Part shown: positions 1 through 9,441 of the stretch, in pieces
Numbering within the stretch: position 1 is the first letter of the stretch
Layout: each line of letters opens with the position of its first letter
Sequence record: SRR20825019_1943
DNA: 64,000 nt
Strand: one strand, 5' to 3'
The notes under the pieces: model-generated
Database searches by the model: none
What the model saw: the letters and a program-made list of their open reading frames with translations, nothing else
What the model was told of the DNA's origin: nothing
Position numbers and translations under genes: made by a program

Positions 1-70
1 TAGCTCAGCTGGATAGAGCGTTGCCCTCCGGAGGCAAAGGTCTCAGGTTCGAATCCTGACGGGCGGGCCA
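1..70 (+). tRNA. tRNA-Arg(CCG), 5' end truncated by the window edge
   Basis: D-arm TAGCTCAGCTGGATAGAGC; anticodon arm TTGCC-CT-CCG-GA-GGCAA (CCG at 28-30); T-loop GGTTCGAATCC; encoded CCA at 68-70. Confidence 0.97.
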
Positions 71-78
71 TTATCATG

Positions 79-110
79 AAGGACTTGCGTGCAAACGCGG
101 GTCCTTTTTT
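79..110 (+). terminator. Intrinsic terminator after the tRNA
   Basis: AAGGACTTGCGT-GCAA-ACGCGGGTCCTT hairpin with GNRA loop, followed by a T run. Confidence 0.85.
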
Positions 111-321
111 GTTGTCTGTACCTAAATGGTACTCTGCCAGTGCCAATATTTCTGAATTGCTTGTCATCAGCGGCCGGACTGATTCGTCGTCTTGCCAGTT
201 ATTGTAAGCTCCACTCTTGCCTTTATTTTAATTGTTGCTATGGTTGGGATTCAGGACACATTGAGAGCAGCCATGTTTTCACGAAAGTATCTATTGACCA
301 CCTTCCATTAGTAAGCGAGCA

Positions 322-337
322 CGGCACGCTCTGTGCT
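322..337 (+). promoter_or_regulatory. Putative sigma54 (-24/-12) promoter
   Basis: CGGCACG-CTCT-GTGCT; GG(323-324) and GC(335-336) are 10 nt apart, close to the TGGCACG-N4-TTGCW consensus. Confidence 0.5.
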
Positions 338-347
338 CGCAACCATT

Positions 348-530
348 AAAGTTACTGAAAAATAACATAAACGATCTCCTCCGTTGGACTAGCGCTATTA
401 GGTACATCGCCTGAAAGCATAGTAGTAACTAATACTGAGGGGGATTCAGGCCAAAGTTGCACAAGGCATTTTTCGGAACAACAACAATAAAAATAGATTA
501 GGGAGGCTCCGCGACTGAGCCTCCCATTTT
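348..530 (+). ncRNA. Candidate A-rich sRNA (CrcZ/CrcY-like architecture)
   Basis: Follows the sigma54-like site; A-rich tracts including AACAACAACAATAAAAATAG (477-496); ends in a hairpin; no convincing ORF on this strand. Confidence 0.4.
501..530 (+). terminator. Intrinsic terminator hairpin
   Basis: GGGAGGCTC-CGCGACT-GAGCCTCCC perfect 9-bp stem followed by ATTTT. Confidence 0.7.
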
Positions 531-566
531 CTGCTCGTTTTCGAAAAATGCTCACCAAATAATTAT

Positions 567-851
567 TTGGAGGCTTTGATCTTCGTGAACGTAATAATTT
601 TTTTGTTTCGAAAATATTGTTTTGGATTAATAGAAAAACAGCAGGTTACTGACGCGTTACGTTTTTTTATTGACTCTAATTACTGGAACATCAACGAACC
701 GCTGCCCCACCCACATGAGCTTTCAGAACTCTTGGATTTTAACGAAGACATAACGATGCATGGACTCTGCCGCCTGATCAGCGCTGGCGTTATTTTTGAG
801 GGCAAAGACGGACGCCTGTACGTCAGGACGAGCACCGAAGACACACACTGA
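567..851 (+). CDS. Small protein resembling a divergent stand-alone GntR winged-HTH domain (start uncertain)
   Basis: QVTDALRFFIDSNYW..EPLPHPHELSELLDF...GLCRLISAGVI..GRLYV follows the GntR pattern (LR..I..G....LP...ELA..LG.S...AL..L...G.I......G.FV). Confidence 0.4.
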   Translation: MEALIFVNVIIFLFRKYCFGLIEKQQVTDALRFFIDSNYWNINEPLPHPHELSELLDFNEDITMHGLCRLISAGVIFEGKDGRLYVRTSTEDTH

Positions 852-1052
852 TATTTTCTTAGTATTTCTATGTCTGCAACCGGAACCACTAGAACCTTAT
901 GAGCACACGTCACCTTCACTTGATTAAATAAATAAAGAAGGTAGCCTATTGGCAAACCCGAAACATACTAAAGGTGATCAGATTGCATGAATAAAATGCC
1001 GACCAGTTTTTTTATAAAGCGCATATCGGCAGCGCTATTTATAACTGAGAGC

Positions 1053-1139
1053 ATGAAAATGAGTAAGGAAAAACCGAAAAAACAGGCTAAAAAAACATTG
1101 AAAGAGAAAAGAAAAGATAAAAAACAAAAAAACGCCTGA
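1053..1139 (+). CDS. Lysine-rich microprotein MKMSKEKPKKQAKKTLKEKRKDKKQKNA (28 aa; alternative ATG at 1059)
   Basis: Read manually (below the ORF-track cutoff); GAGAG upstream; hairpin AGGGGAAAGG..CCTTTCCCCT at 1148-1172 directly after the stop. Confidence 0.55.
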   Translation: MKMSKEKPKKQAKKTLKEKRKDKKQKNA

Positions 1140-1264
1140 TTAGCAATAGGGGAAAGGGTCAACCTTTCCCCTTCAATAACGGTTTTCCCGATCATATCAT
1201 CTGCGTTTACTTATCGAACTCTCACACCTTATATGAATTTATCATTTTTCTGATCAGAGGTTTT

Positions 1265-1636
1265 ATGAACATTGATGCTGGTTTTCTTGTGTCTTTAGAT
1301 ACTTTGGGAATCATGAGAAGAAAGTGTCGTCGCCTGATAAAAGCGATTATTCTTGGAGAGAATGAAATGGCAATGATTGGAAGCTGGGTCACGATTATAG
1401 ATTGTGCAGATTCCCAGCCTCATGAATTCCGGTTAGTGGAAGCTATTGGGCCAAGGGACGCTCATCCGAGGGACCTGCCGATAGACTCATCTCTTGGACT
1501 CGCGCTGTTTGGCAGCAGGCCTGGCGACTACATAAAACTGAGCGTCGGCGGCGAGGAAAGTGGCATCGTCATTTTATCCATTAACAATGAAAAGTTGGAA
1601 GCGAACGCAAAAATGGCGACATTTGACGAATTTTAG
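1265..1636 (+). CDS. GreA/GreB/Rnk C-terminal-domain protein
   Basis: IGSWVTIID...EFRLV...IDSSLGLALFGSRPGDYI matches the Gre C-terminal SPLG.ALLG...GD motif; no long N-terminal coiled coil. Confidence 0.7.
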   Translation: MNIDAGFLVSLDTLGIMRRKCRRLIKAIILGENEMAMIGSWVTIIDCADSQPHEFRLVEAIGPRDAHPRDLPIDSSLGLALFGSRPGDYIKLSVGGEESGIVILSINNEKLEANAKMATFDEF

Positions 1637-1664
1637 CGTTCTAACGATTCAAGATTGCTTCGAC

Positions 1665-3411
<1,747 letters not shown>

Positions 3412-3498
3412 ACCGACTCCTCTAAGCCTGGAATGCAATATTCAATTGGTGTGCTTGTTCAGGGGGGCTCGCCGAACTCGGCGATTAGTACGACGAAT

Positions 3499-3591
3499 TC
3501 AGCGGAAATAGTGAAAAGCGGCAAGACACAACGCCCCCTCGGACAACATAGTCCGATGAAATTTAAGGGGTGCAGTGTTGGGAAAATTCAT
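3499..3591 (-). CDS. Putative 30-aa upstream ORF before rnk (MNFPNTAPLKFHRTMLSEGALCLAAFHYFR)
   Basis: Manual reading of the minus strand; same orientation as rnk, ends 87 nt before the rnk start; weak RBS. Confidence 0.3.
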   Translation of the reverse strand: MNFPNTAPLKFHRTMLSEGALCLAAFHYFR

Positions 3592-3650
3592 AGGTTTCTT
3601 ACCCAGGAAAATGTCTTTCTCAGTCCCACAATAACCCAAACCCAAAATTA

Positions 3651-3740
3651 AGCAAACGGGTCCACTTCACTCTTCAATTTCACCAGCGATCCCAAGCGGC
3701 TCGCCAGTTCGCTTTTTGAAATGGACAGCAACATCTTTTA
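3651..3740. repeat. Copy A of a ~90-bp imperfect direct repeat (probable gene relic)
   Basis: AGCAAACGGGT...TTTCACCAGCGA...CGGCTCGCCAGTT.GCTTTTTGAAATGGA.A.CAACATCTTTTA, shared with 9865-9957. Confidence 0.85.
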
Positions 3741-4002
3741 ACGCCGCAAAGACTGTCTTGCTGTGAAGTCACGATCAATGGCCAACCTTAGCAACAGCGT
3801 GTGGGCTGGGGGAGGGACAGTCCTTCGGGACCAACAGGCTGATCGTAATGTACGTTCGTATGAACGGCGCCATCGAGCAGCACGGCAGATAGCGGATAAG
3901 GAGGTCGTGCGTTCTGGCGCTCGGCTTCGGAGAAGTTTATCTGATCCATGGCGACAACGAATTCTATGCGGTTGGCGATGGCCCTTTTGTCGCGGATGTT
4001 GA

Positions 4003-4024
4003 GACTTATTCAGAGTCTCCTTAG
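4003..4024. mobile_element. Possible orphan IS5-family terminal inverted repeat plus TTAG target
   Basis: GACTTATTCAGAGTCTCC|TTAG resembles IS5-type ends (CTTATTC...CC next to a YTAR target); no transposase seen; could instead be a simple hairpin. Confidence 0.3.
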
Positions 4025-4029
4025 CATTG

Positions 4030-4398
4030 TTATTTAGCCCCCAAGTTTATAGACCAGAATTCGATCCGGTTGCCTTCCGGATCATGAATATGAATGACTC
4101 TTGCTCCCCAAGAATGATCTTTTATAGGTGGAGGGGAAAGGCCCGCCTCATTCAAGTATATATGTACAGTTTCGATATCACCTACTTCGAGTGCAATGGT
4201 TACTCCTTTACCCTCATTGCTATCAATTGAGGCTCTTGATTCATCTGCAATGCTTAAACGACACGCCTCATTTAATTTGAACTCAACAAACCAATTAAGA
4301 GACATCCTTACCTCAAACACGATTTTATTTTTATAAAAGTCGACACATTCCTTCCACTTTCTACAATAAAAGATCGTGTTGGCTGTTTTTATATGCAT
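4030..4398 (-). CDS. VOC/glyoxalase-bleomycin resistance family protein
   Basis: FYKNKIVFEV...IALEVGDIETVH...WGARVIHIHDPEGNRIEF; AT-rich. Confidence 0.9.
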   Translation of the reverse strand: MHIKTANTIFYCRKWKECVDFYKNKIVFEVRMSLNWFVEFKLNEACRLSIADESRASIDSNEGKGVTIALEVGDIETVHIYLNEAGLSPPPIKDHSWGARVIHIHDPEGNRIEFWSINLGAK

Positions 4399-4513
4399 TT
4401 TGCATCCTGATCTTCGGTGTAACCATAGCGATTTTGCTTAGCGACGCCCTGACAAGGACGTCAGATGAAGATCGCGGGCTAGGCCGGAGCGACCGACTGG
4501 CCACCACTTCACT

Positions 4514-4966
4514 CTAATCAATAAAAACTGAGTAAGTATTGAAGCTCCACAGCAGATAATTACCTTCACTTACCAGTATTCCATTAAACGGAAGATCGTA
4601 ACTTAACTCGATAAAATCTTGCCGGATTATTTCACGTATCGAATATGAGTCCACCCCAAGAGAATTCGCTCCGAGAGAACCCGATCCATACAGATCGTGT
4701 GTGAATCTATATAGTCCTTTCATATAAAATAAAATGGGGATCGCAACAGATAACCTTATGCCATTCACAGCCGGCTTAATTTCGCCTAACATACTGTCGA
4801 AAATGGCCTGCCTTGACCACTTTTCTGCCTCCTCTTTCGTGGCCAAAAACCATGCAGCATCATTCACCATCAACCTTTCTGAAAAGAGCCCCCCATTCCA
4901 AAGAGTAAGCCCGCTTACTGAACCTATTACGCAGTTTTCCATGAATGAAAAATTTGCAATATACAT
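4514..4966 (-). CDS. Hypothetical protein (AT-rich)
   Basis: 150-aa open frame with AGGTGG upstream of ATG 4966; no family recognised. Confidence 0.55.
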   Translation of the reverse strand: MYIANFSFMENCVIGSVSGLTLWNGGLFSERLMVNDAAWFLATKEEAEKWSRQAIFDSMLGEIKPAVNGIRLSVAIPILFYMKGLYRFTHDLYGSGSLGANSLGVDSYSIREIIRQDFIELSYDLPFNGILVSEGNYLLWSFNTYSVFID

Positions 4967-5027
4967 ATTAACTTCCACCTATGCTTCGATAATTTTAAAG
5001 CGCAGGCATTACAGGTTATTGGATCTA

Positions 5028-5273
5028 TTATTCTGCGCTACGCGAGTTTTTGGCGAGCATATTCAATCTCCGCTCCATATTTCTCAGGGCATTTAATCTC
5101 AACACATAGAACAGTTTAACGCCGGCCGCCCATAGCGGTATCGAAATATGAGCGATGATCTGACCCATTATCGAAAACCTCGATGCCCAAGGATAGGCCA
5201 TGAGCACTGAAGCAAAAACTCCTAAAACAGAAATACTTAAACCCCAGCTCGATACAATTAGAAGACGTTTCAC
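5028..5273 (-). CDS. Small two-TM membrane protein, paralog of 10248-10463
   Basis: Strong RBS GAGGAGG before GTG; shares the YP.A...S...QI.AHI.....A..VKL.Y.LRL..L motif with the 10248 ORF. Confidence 0.75.
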   Translation of the reverse strand: MKRLLIVSSWGLSISVLGVFASVLMAYPWASRFSIMGQIIAHISIPLWAAGVKLFYVLRLNALRNMERRLNMLAKNSRSAE

Positions 5274-5711
5274 TCTTACCTCCTCAACAATAAATCAGAT
5301 TCAACCCATTATATTTAAAAAACAAGGAGCAGAAAGGTTTGTTCTCCACAGGAGATGATCTAGGTACATTCCGGATAACTTTTGGGAATAACATTGTGTA
5401 TTTTTTAGGTTGGCGCCACTGATTTGGTTCTCTCTCGAAACACCAGTGGTGGTTGCCCGCGATGAGGATTTTGTGCGTATGATTTTCTGACGGCCAAACC
5501 AGGCATCAAGCTGCTCCAGTTCCTCCAAAGTGCCGCGTCCCATCGTATCTCCGGCGTGTATCACGCACCTCCCCATCAGGATAGACTTCGCCAGTAATAG
5601 TTTGTTAATGAATTTCCTTTCGCTTGGTGTCCACGTGCCCTTTCGATGAATGCGCGTTGGACAACTACAAACTGCATTTAGATCGTCAATTGAGCCGGAA
5701 TGGGACAATCA

Positions 5712-6428
5712 CTAACTGGGAGGACGGATAAAATCAGCAAGGAGCTCGACAACGGAATCCGCCATATGGGCGCAACGGGCGCCATCAAATGGATAGACTG
5801 TTTCAAACCCACCCTGGATACGCGACTCCAGTAACAACTTAAGATGTCGTCTTGCGCGGAACAGGCGTGTTTTGACGGTCATAACGGTAATGCCGAGGTC
5901 CAGCGCAATGTCGGCCAACGCCATCCCTTCTGCCTCTCTGAGAACAAACACAACCCGAAGATGACTCGGCAGTTCGGATACTGCTGCCTCTAACCATTCC
6001 CGGAACTGTGCAACGCCGTGCTCGTTTTCGGGGGAACGTTGTCTGCTGCCTGGAAACGCTATGACTGATGCTTCCTGATGAAATTCTTCCGAGACCGAGT
6101 CGTATTCTTCGGTAGGCTGACGTTTTCTCAATCGCATTCGGGCAACATTTAACGCGATTTTAGTGGCCCAGGTTGAAAGCTTGGCATCCCCACGAAACTC
6201 TGCAATGCGGGAAAAGGCAATGAGGTAGGTTTCCTGGACGATCTCCTCGGCTTCGGCATCGTTATCCATAATGCCTCGGGCGATACGAAACAGACGCGGA
6301 TTAAGCCTTCTGATCACCTCCCTTACAGCCGTTTCATGCCCCTGTTTTGCCAGTCTTACAAGCTCGTCTTCAGAGGTTTGCAAGCCAATGGTGGGCTTGG
6401 GCGATAGGGAGTCGACAGAAGTTTTCAT
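5712..6428 (-). CDS. ECF RNA polymerase sigma factor with C-terminal PFDGARC extension
   Basis: Region 2 AEEIVQETYLIAF..IAEFRG..LSTWATKIALN; region 4 LP..LRVVFVLREAEGM..IA..LGI...TVKTRLFRAR. Confidence 0.93.
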   Translation of the reverse strand: MKTSVDSLSPKPTIGLQTSEDELVRLAKQGHETAVREVIRRLNPRLFRIARGIMDNDAEAEEIVQETYLIAFSRIAEFRGDAKLSTWATKIALNVARMRLRKRQPTEEYDSVSEEFHQEASVIAFPGSRQRSPENEHGVAQFREWLEAAVSELPSHLRVVFVLREAEGMALADIALDLGITVMTVKTRLFRARRHLKLLLESRIQGGFETVYPFDGARCAHMADSVVELLADFIRPPS

Positions 6429-6440
6429 AACGAGACCTTG

Positions 6441-6947
6441 TCAGCTTTCATTAACAATATCGCGGATCGAAGGGAATTGAGTCGCTACATGTCCACTCAC
6501 TCCGCCCGCACGCAGAGCGGAACTATCCCAATCCACCATTTCAGGCGTTCCAACGACGATCCGCCCAACCATAGCCGCCATTTCATGCGGCACGCAGTAA
6601 TAGTCATAAACACCAGGAATCGTCAGCGTCAGACTGAATTTCTGGTTCGGAAGCAAATGGCCACTACCGAACGGTTTGGCAGCCTTTGGCATCCGCCGCA
6701 CCCGATCAAAATACTCAGGGTGATACGCCGTCACCGTGTGAGAATTCCCAGGATCCTGATTGACGAAGGTAATTGTTGTGCCCGGATCTACCGCAATCCC
6801 CTTCGGATCAAACCAAACCCTTTCACCTCTGGGTGTACCTTGCATCTTGATAACAACCTGGCTTTCGCCAGCAGCCTCAGTCACACCACTACTCAGAAGT
6901 AATAGCGAGCCCGACAACTTCAGTAATCTACGCCTTGAACAGTTCAT
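6441..6947 (-). CDS. Tat-exported type-1 copper protein (plastocyanin/azurin family)
   Basis: SRRRLLK twin-arginine signal; Cu ligands H (NSHTVT) and YYCVPHEMAAM (C-x2-H-x4-M). Confidence 0.92.
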   Translation of the reverse strand: MNCSRRRLLKLSGSLLLLSSGVTEAAGESQVVIKMQGTPRGERVWFDPKGIAVDPGTTITFVNQDPGNSHTVTAYHPEYFDRVRRMPKAAKPFGSGHLLPNQKFSLTLTIPGVYDYYCVPHEMAAMVGRIVVGTPEMVDWDSSALRAGGVSGHVATQFPSIRDIVNES

Positions 6948-7000
6948 AGCCAGATACCCGGCGGGCAGTCCAATCGGTATTTGAGAAACGTCTTACTGAT

Positions 7001-7027
7001 CAGATGCTCTTATTTCAAAAAGGTTAC
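7001..7027 (-). promoter_or_regulatory. Putative ECF promoter of the cupredoxin-sigma operon
   Basis: GTAACC-TTTTTGAAATAAGA-GCATCTG on the minus strand; same motif and spacing at 7714 and 7809. Confidence 0.75.
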
Positions 7028-7259
7028 GCGACAAACGTACAAATATTTTGAATTCCTATGGTCATCAACGGCCTCTATTCGCAAAACAAGGGGCGTAAGT
7101 TTCAGCACCCAGGCTGAGCCAGGGTTGGTCTTGCATGCTTTTCCCGTTTTATTCAAACCCAAGTAAGCGTTCTGCCTGCGATCCCAACCCAGTTCAGCCG
7201 TGTTATGCCATAGGCCCTCCTTGTGCTCTCAGATAACCAAAAGGGAGACAACTCGTCGC

Positions 7260-7679
7260 CTATTTGGCCAACCGATCTTTGGCGCCCTTGTCGTGGAATA
7301 GCACGACGTGAGCATGCGGACTTTCCACGCCGGGATGCCCTGCGTTGTAGTAGATGTCAACAGCCGTCACTTCATGAGATCCGATCGCTAGGTCATCGTA
7401 AGCGACACCGTTCTTCAATTCCTCAAGGGGCGTCATGTAGACGGTAGCCGACAACTTTCCATCGTGGTCATAGCTCAAGAATGGACCAGCGGGCAAAGTG
7501 TCCGGATCAACAAAAAGTGTCCCCAGGCCCGGCAGAAATGCAGGCAGCGGCAACACCTCGCTCACCTGCACATACGGTCCCTCCGGCGGCATCTGGGCAA
7601 CCTTGTCTTCGTCATGGGCCAACGCGCCTGCTGCCAGACTCATACCCAACAAACCGATCAGTAACTTTTTCATAGCCAT
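7260..7679 (-). CDS. Secreted His-motif protein (resembles TTHB210/DUF5602-like family)
   Basis: Sec signal ending ALA-H; C-terminal YYNAGHPGVESPHAHVVLFH motif. Confidence 0.7.
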   Translation of the reverse strand: MAMKKLLIGLLGMSLAAGALAHDEDKVAQMPPEGPYVQVSEVLPLPAFLPGLGTLFVDPDTLPAGPFLSYDHDGKLSATVYMTPLEELKNGVAYDDLAIGSHEVTAVDIYYNAGHPGVESPHAHVVLFHDKGAKDRLAK

Positions 7680-7713
7680 TCCTCGTTTGTGATTAATTAA
7701 TGTGGCAATGAAC

Positions 7714-7740
7714 CAGATGCAGCTCTGACGAAAAGGTTTC
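7714..7740 (-). promoter_or_regulatory. Putative ECF promoter of the 7260-7679 gene
   Basis: GAAACC-TTTTCGTCAGAGCT-GCATCTG on the minus strand. Confidence 0.75.
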
Positions 7741-7808
7741 AGGCTTTTTTGTCGGTAGTGTCATCACGGCAATGCATTAAAGTGCCACCCACCGTCCGAA
7801 AACTTTCG

Positions 7809-7835
7809 GTAACCTTTTCCAATTTCCCGCATCTG
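7809..7835 (+). promoter_or_regulatory. Putative ECF promoter of the diheme cytochrome gene
   Basis: GTAACC-TTTTCCAATTTCCC-GCATCTG on the plus strand. Confidence 0.75.
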
Positions 7836-7914
7836 TCGCTTTAGCCAGCCCTGAATAATCGGGGTTTGGGTGTATTTACGTGCGCCGTTACCGGCCTAAC
7901 GAAGGAAACGGGAT

Positions 7915-9441
7915 ATGAACAGCAATAAGAAACACCTACAGACAGTAGGCGCCCTGGTGGGGGCAATTTGCATCGCAACATTGGTTGGGTGCAGTGACGG
8001 AAGTTCGCCTCCTTTCGCTGTGCAAAGCGTCAGCCCGGCAGCCGAGGGTGAACTGATTCCAGTTGATACCCAGGTTGCGATCACCTTTAACCGCTCACTT
8101 GATAGCACTACTTTTTCGGCCGCCGAGGTTCGCCTTGAATGTGACGAATCCGAGGTAACGTTTGCCGATGTCAGCTTCCAGAACAACGCGAGGACCGTTT
8201 TTTTGACCCCGGATACTCTCCTTCCCGAGAACAAGGACTGCGAAGTACAGATCGCTGCGGAAGTAAAGGATGTGTCCAATAACACGCTTGGAAAGGTCTT
8301 TGGATGGACGTTTGGGACAACGGCACGCCCGGAAACTCTTGCGCTCGGAAAAGAGATATTCCGCTATGACACATTTGGAGATGAACGTTTCTGGACGGAC
8401 GTGCTGGAAATGCACGATGTTATTCAGTCAGCCGTTGATCCGGTCACAGCCCTTTCTGTGGGACTAAAAGTAGATGCGGAAGCACTTCCTGAAGCTGTAG
8501 TTAATGGAATCGCACAGGGAACCATTAATCTGGAGTCACCTGCGACCACCGTTGCATTACTCAAGCAGGATGCGGTAGTCGGTGTCAAAGGCACCGTGGA
8601 GGAGGTAAACGGCGTGGATACGCTCACCAGTGTCGGTGTGACCTGCGCGTTGTGCCATTCGACCGTGGACAATTCCTTTGCCCCGGGCATTGGCAAACGA
8701 CTTGACGGATGGGCCAACCGTGACCTGAACCCGGGTGCCATTATCGCCTTGTCGCCTGCACTTACTCCCGCACAAAAAGACATCTACAACTCCTGGGGGC
8801 CAGGGATGTACGACGCCAGGTTCAATCAGGACGGTATCAGCAGTCCGCATGTCATCACGCCTGCGTTTGGTCTGAACGGTATCGAAAAGACAACATCAAC
8901 CGGAGACGGCAACGATATCGCCTATTGGAACCGATACGTCGCTGTCACCCAGATGGGTGGGGAAGGTTCCTTTTACGAACCCAGAACCGGGGTTGATGTA
9001 ACCAACGGCACAGAAGATCTTGTAACGGATAAGCTCCCGGCGCTACAGGCTTATCAACTGTCGCTGCTCTCGCCAGAACCTCCCGAAGGTTCATTTGATC
9101 CTACAGCAGCAGCCCGTGGAGAAGAGCTGTTCAATGGCCAGGCACAGTGCTCTTCCTGCCATAGCGGGCCCAAGTTCACAGACGCGAATAGTCGTTTGCA
9201 TGATCCATCGGATGTTGTGAGTGAACCGGAGCCTGACGGAGCTCCGGGGTACGCATCTCGAAGTGCAACCAAGATGTACCGCACAGCTCCGCTGGAAGGC
9301 ATCTGGCAACACCCGCCCTATTTCCATAACGGAATGGCTGCAACGCTTGCGGATGTCGTCACGCTCTACAACGACCGAAAAGCCCTTGGTCTCGATGAGG
9401 ATCAACAGAGTGACCTCGTCGAATATTTGAAGTCGTTGTAA
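7915..9441 (+). CDS. Lipoprotein: Ig-like domain fused to a diheme cytochrome c (bCcP/MauG/RoxA-like superfamily)
   Basis: Lipobox LVGC; Ig-like segment (VSPA..V..ITFNRSLD..LTPD.LL...V.D..N.L...W.F.T); heme motifs CALCH and CSSCH; YRTAPLEGIWQHPPYFHNG. Confidence 0.85.
   Translation: MNSNKKHLQTVGALVGAICIATLVGCSDGSSPPFAVQSVSPAAEGELIPVDTQVAITFNRSLDSTTFSAAEVRLECDESEVTFADVSFQNNARTVFLTPDTLLPENKDCEVQIAAEVKDVSNNTLGKVFGWTFGTTARPETLALGKEIFRYDTFGDERFWTDVLEMHDVIQSAVDPVTALSVGLKVDAEALPEAVVNGIAQGTINLESPATTVALLKQDAVVGVKGTVEEVNGVDTLTSVGVTCALCHSTVDNSFAPGIGKRLDGWANRDLNPGAIIALSPALTPAQKDIYNSWGPGMYDARFNQDGISSPHVITPAFGLNGIEKTTSTGDGNDIAYWNRYVAVTQMGGEGSFYEPRTGVDVTNGTEDLVTDKLPALQAYQLSLLSPEPPEGSFDPTAAARGEELFNGQAQCSSCHSGPKFTDANSRLHDPSDVVSEPEPDGAPGYASRSATKMYRTAPLEGIWQHPPYFHNGMAATLADVVTLYNDRKALGLDEDQQSDLVEYLKSL

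Noticed and set aside
4400-4513. GC-rich spacer between AT-rich genes, considered as an integron attC
   Set aside because: No complementary RYYYAAC/GTTRRRY pair or convincing long hairpin, and no integrase in the window
5301-5708. 135-aa minus-strand ORF after the ECF sigma, considered as an anti-sigma
   Set aside because: No TM helix, no HxxxCxxC motif, poor start and mosaic composition; likely spurious or a relic
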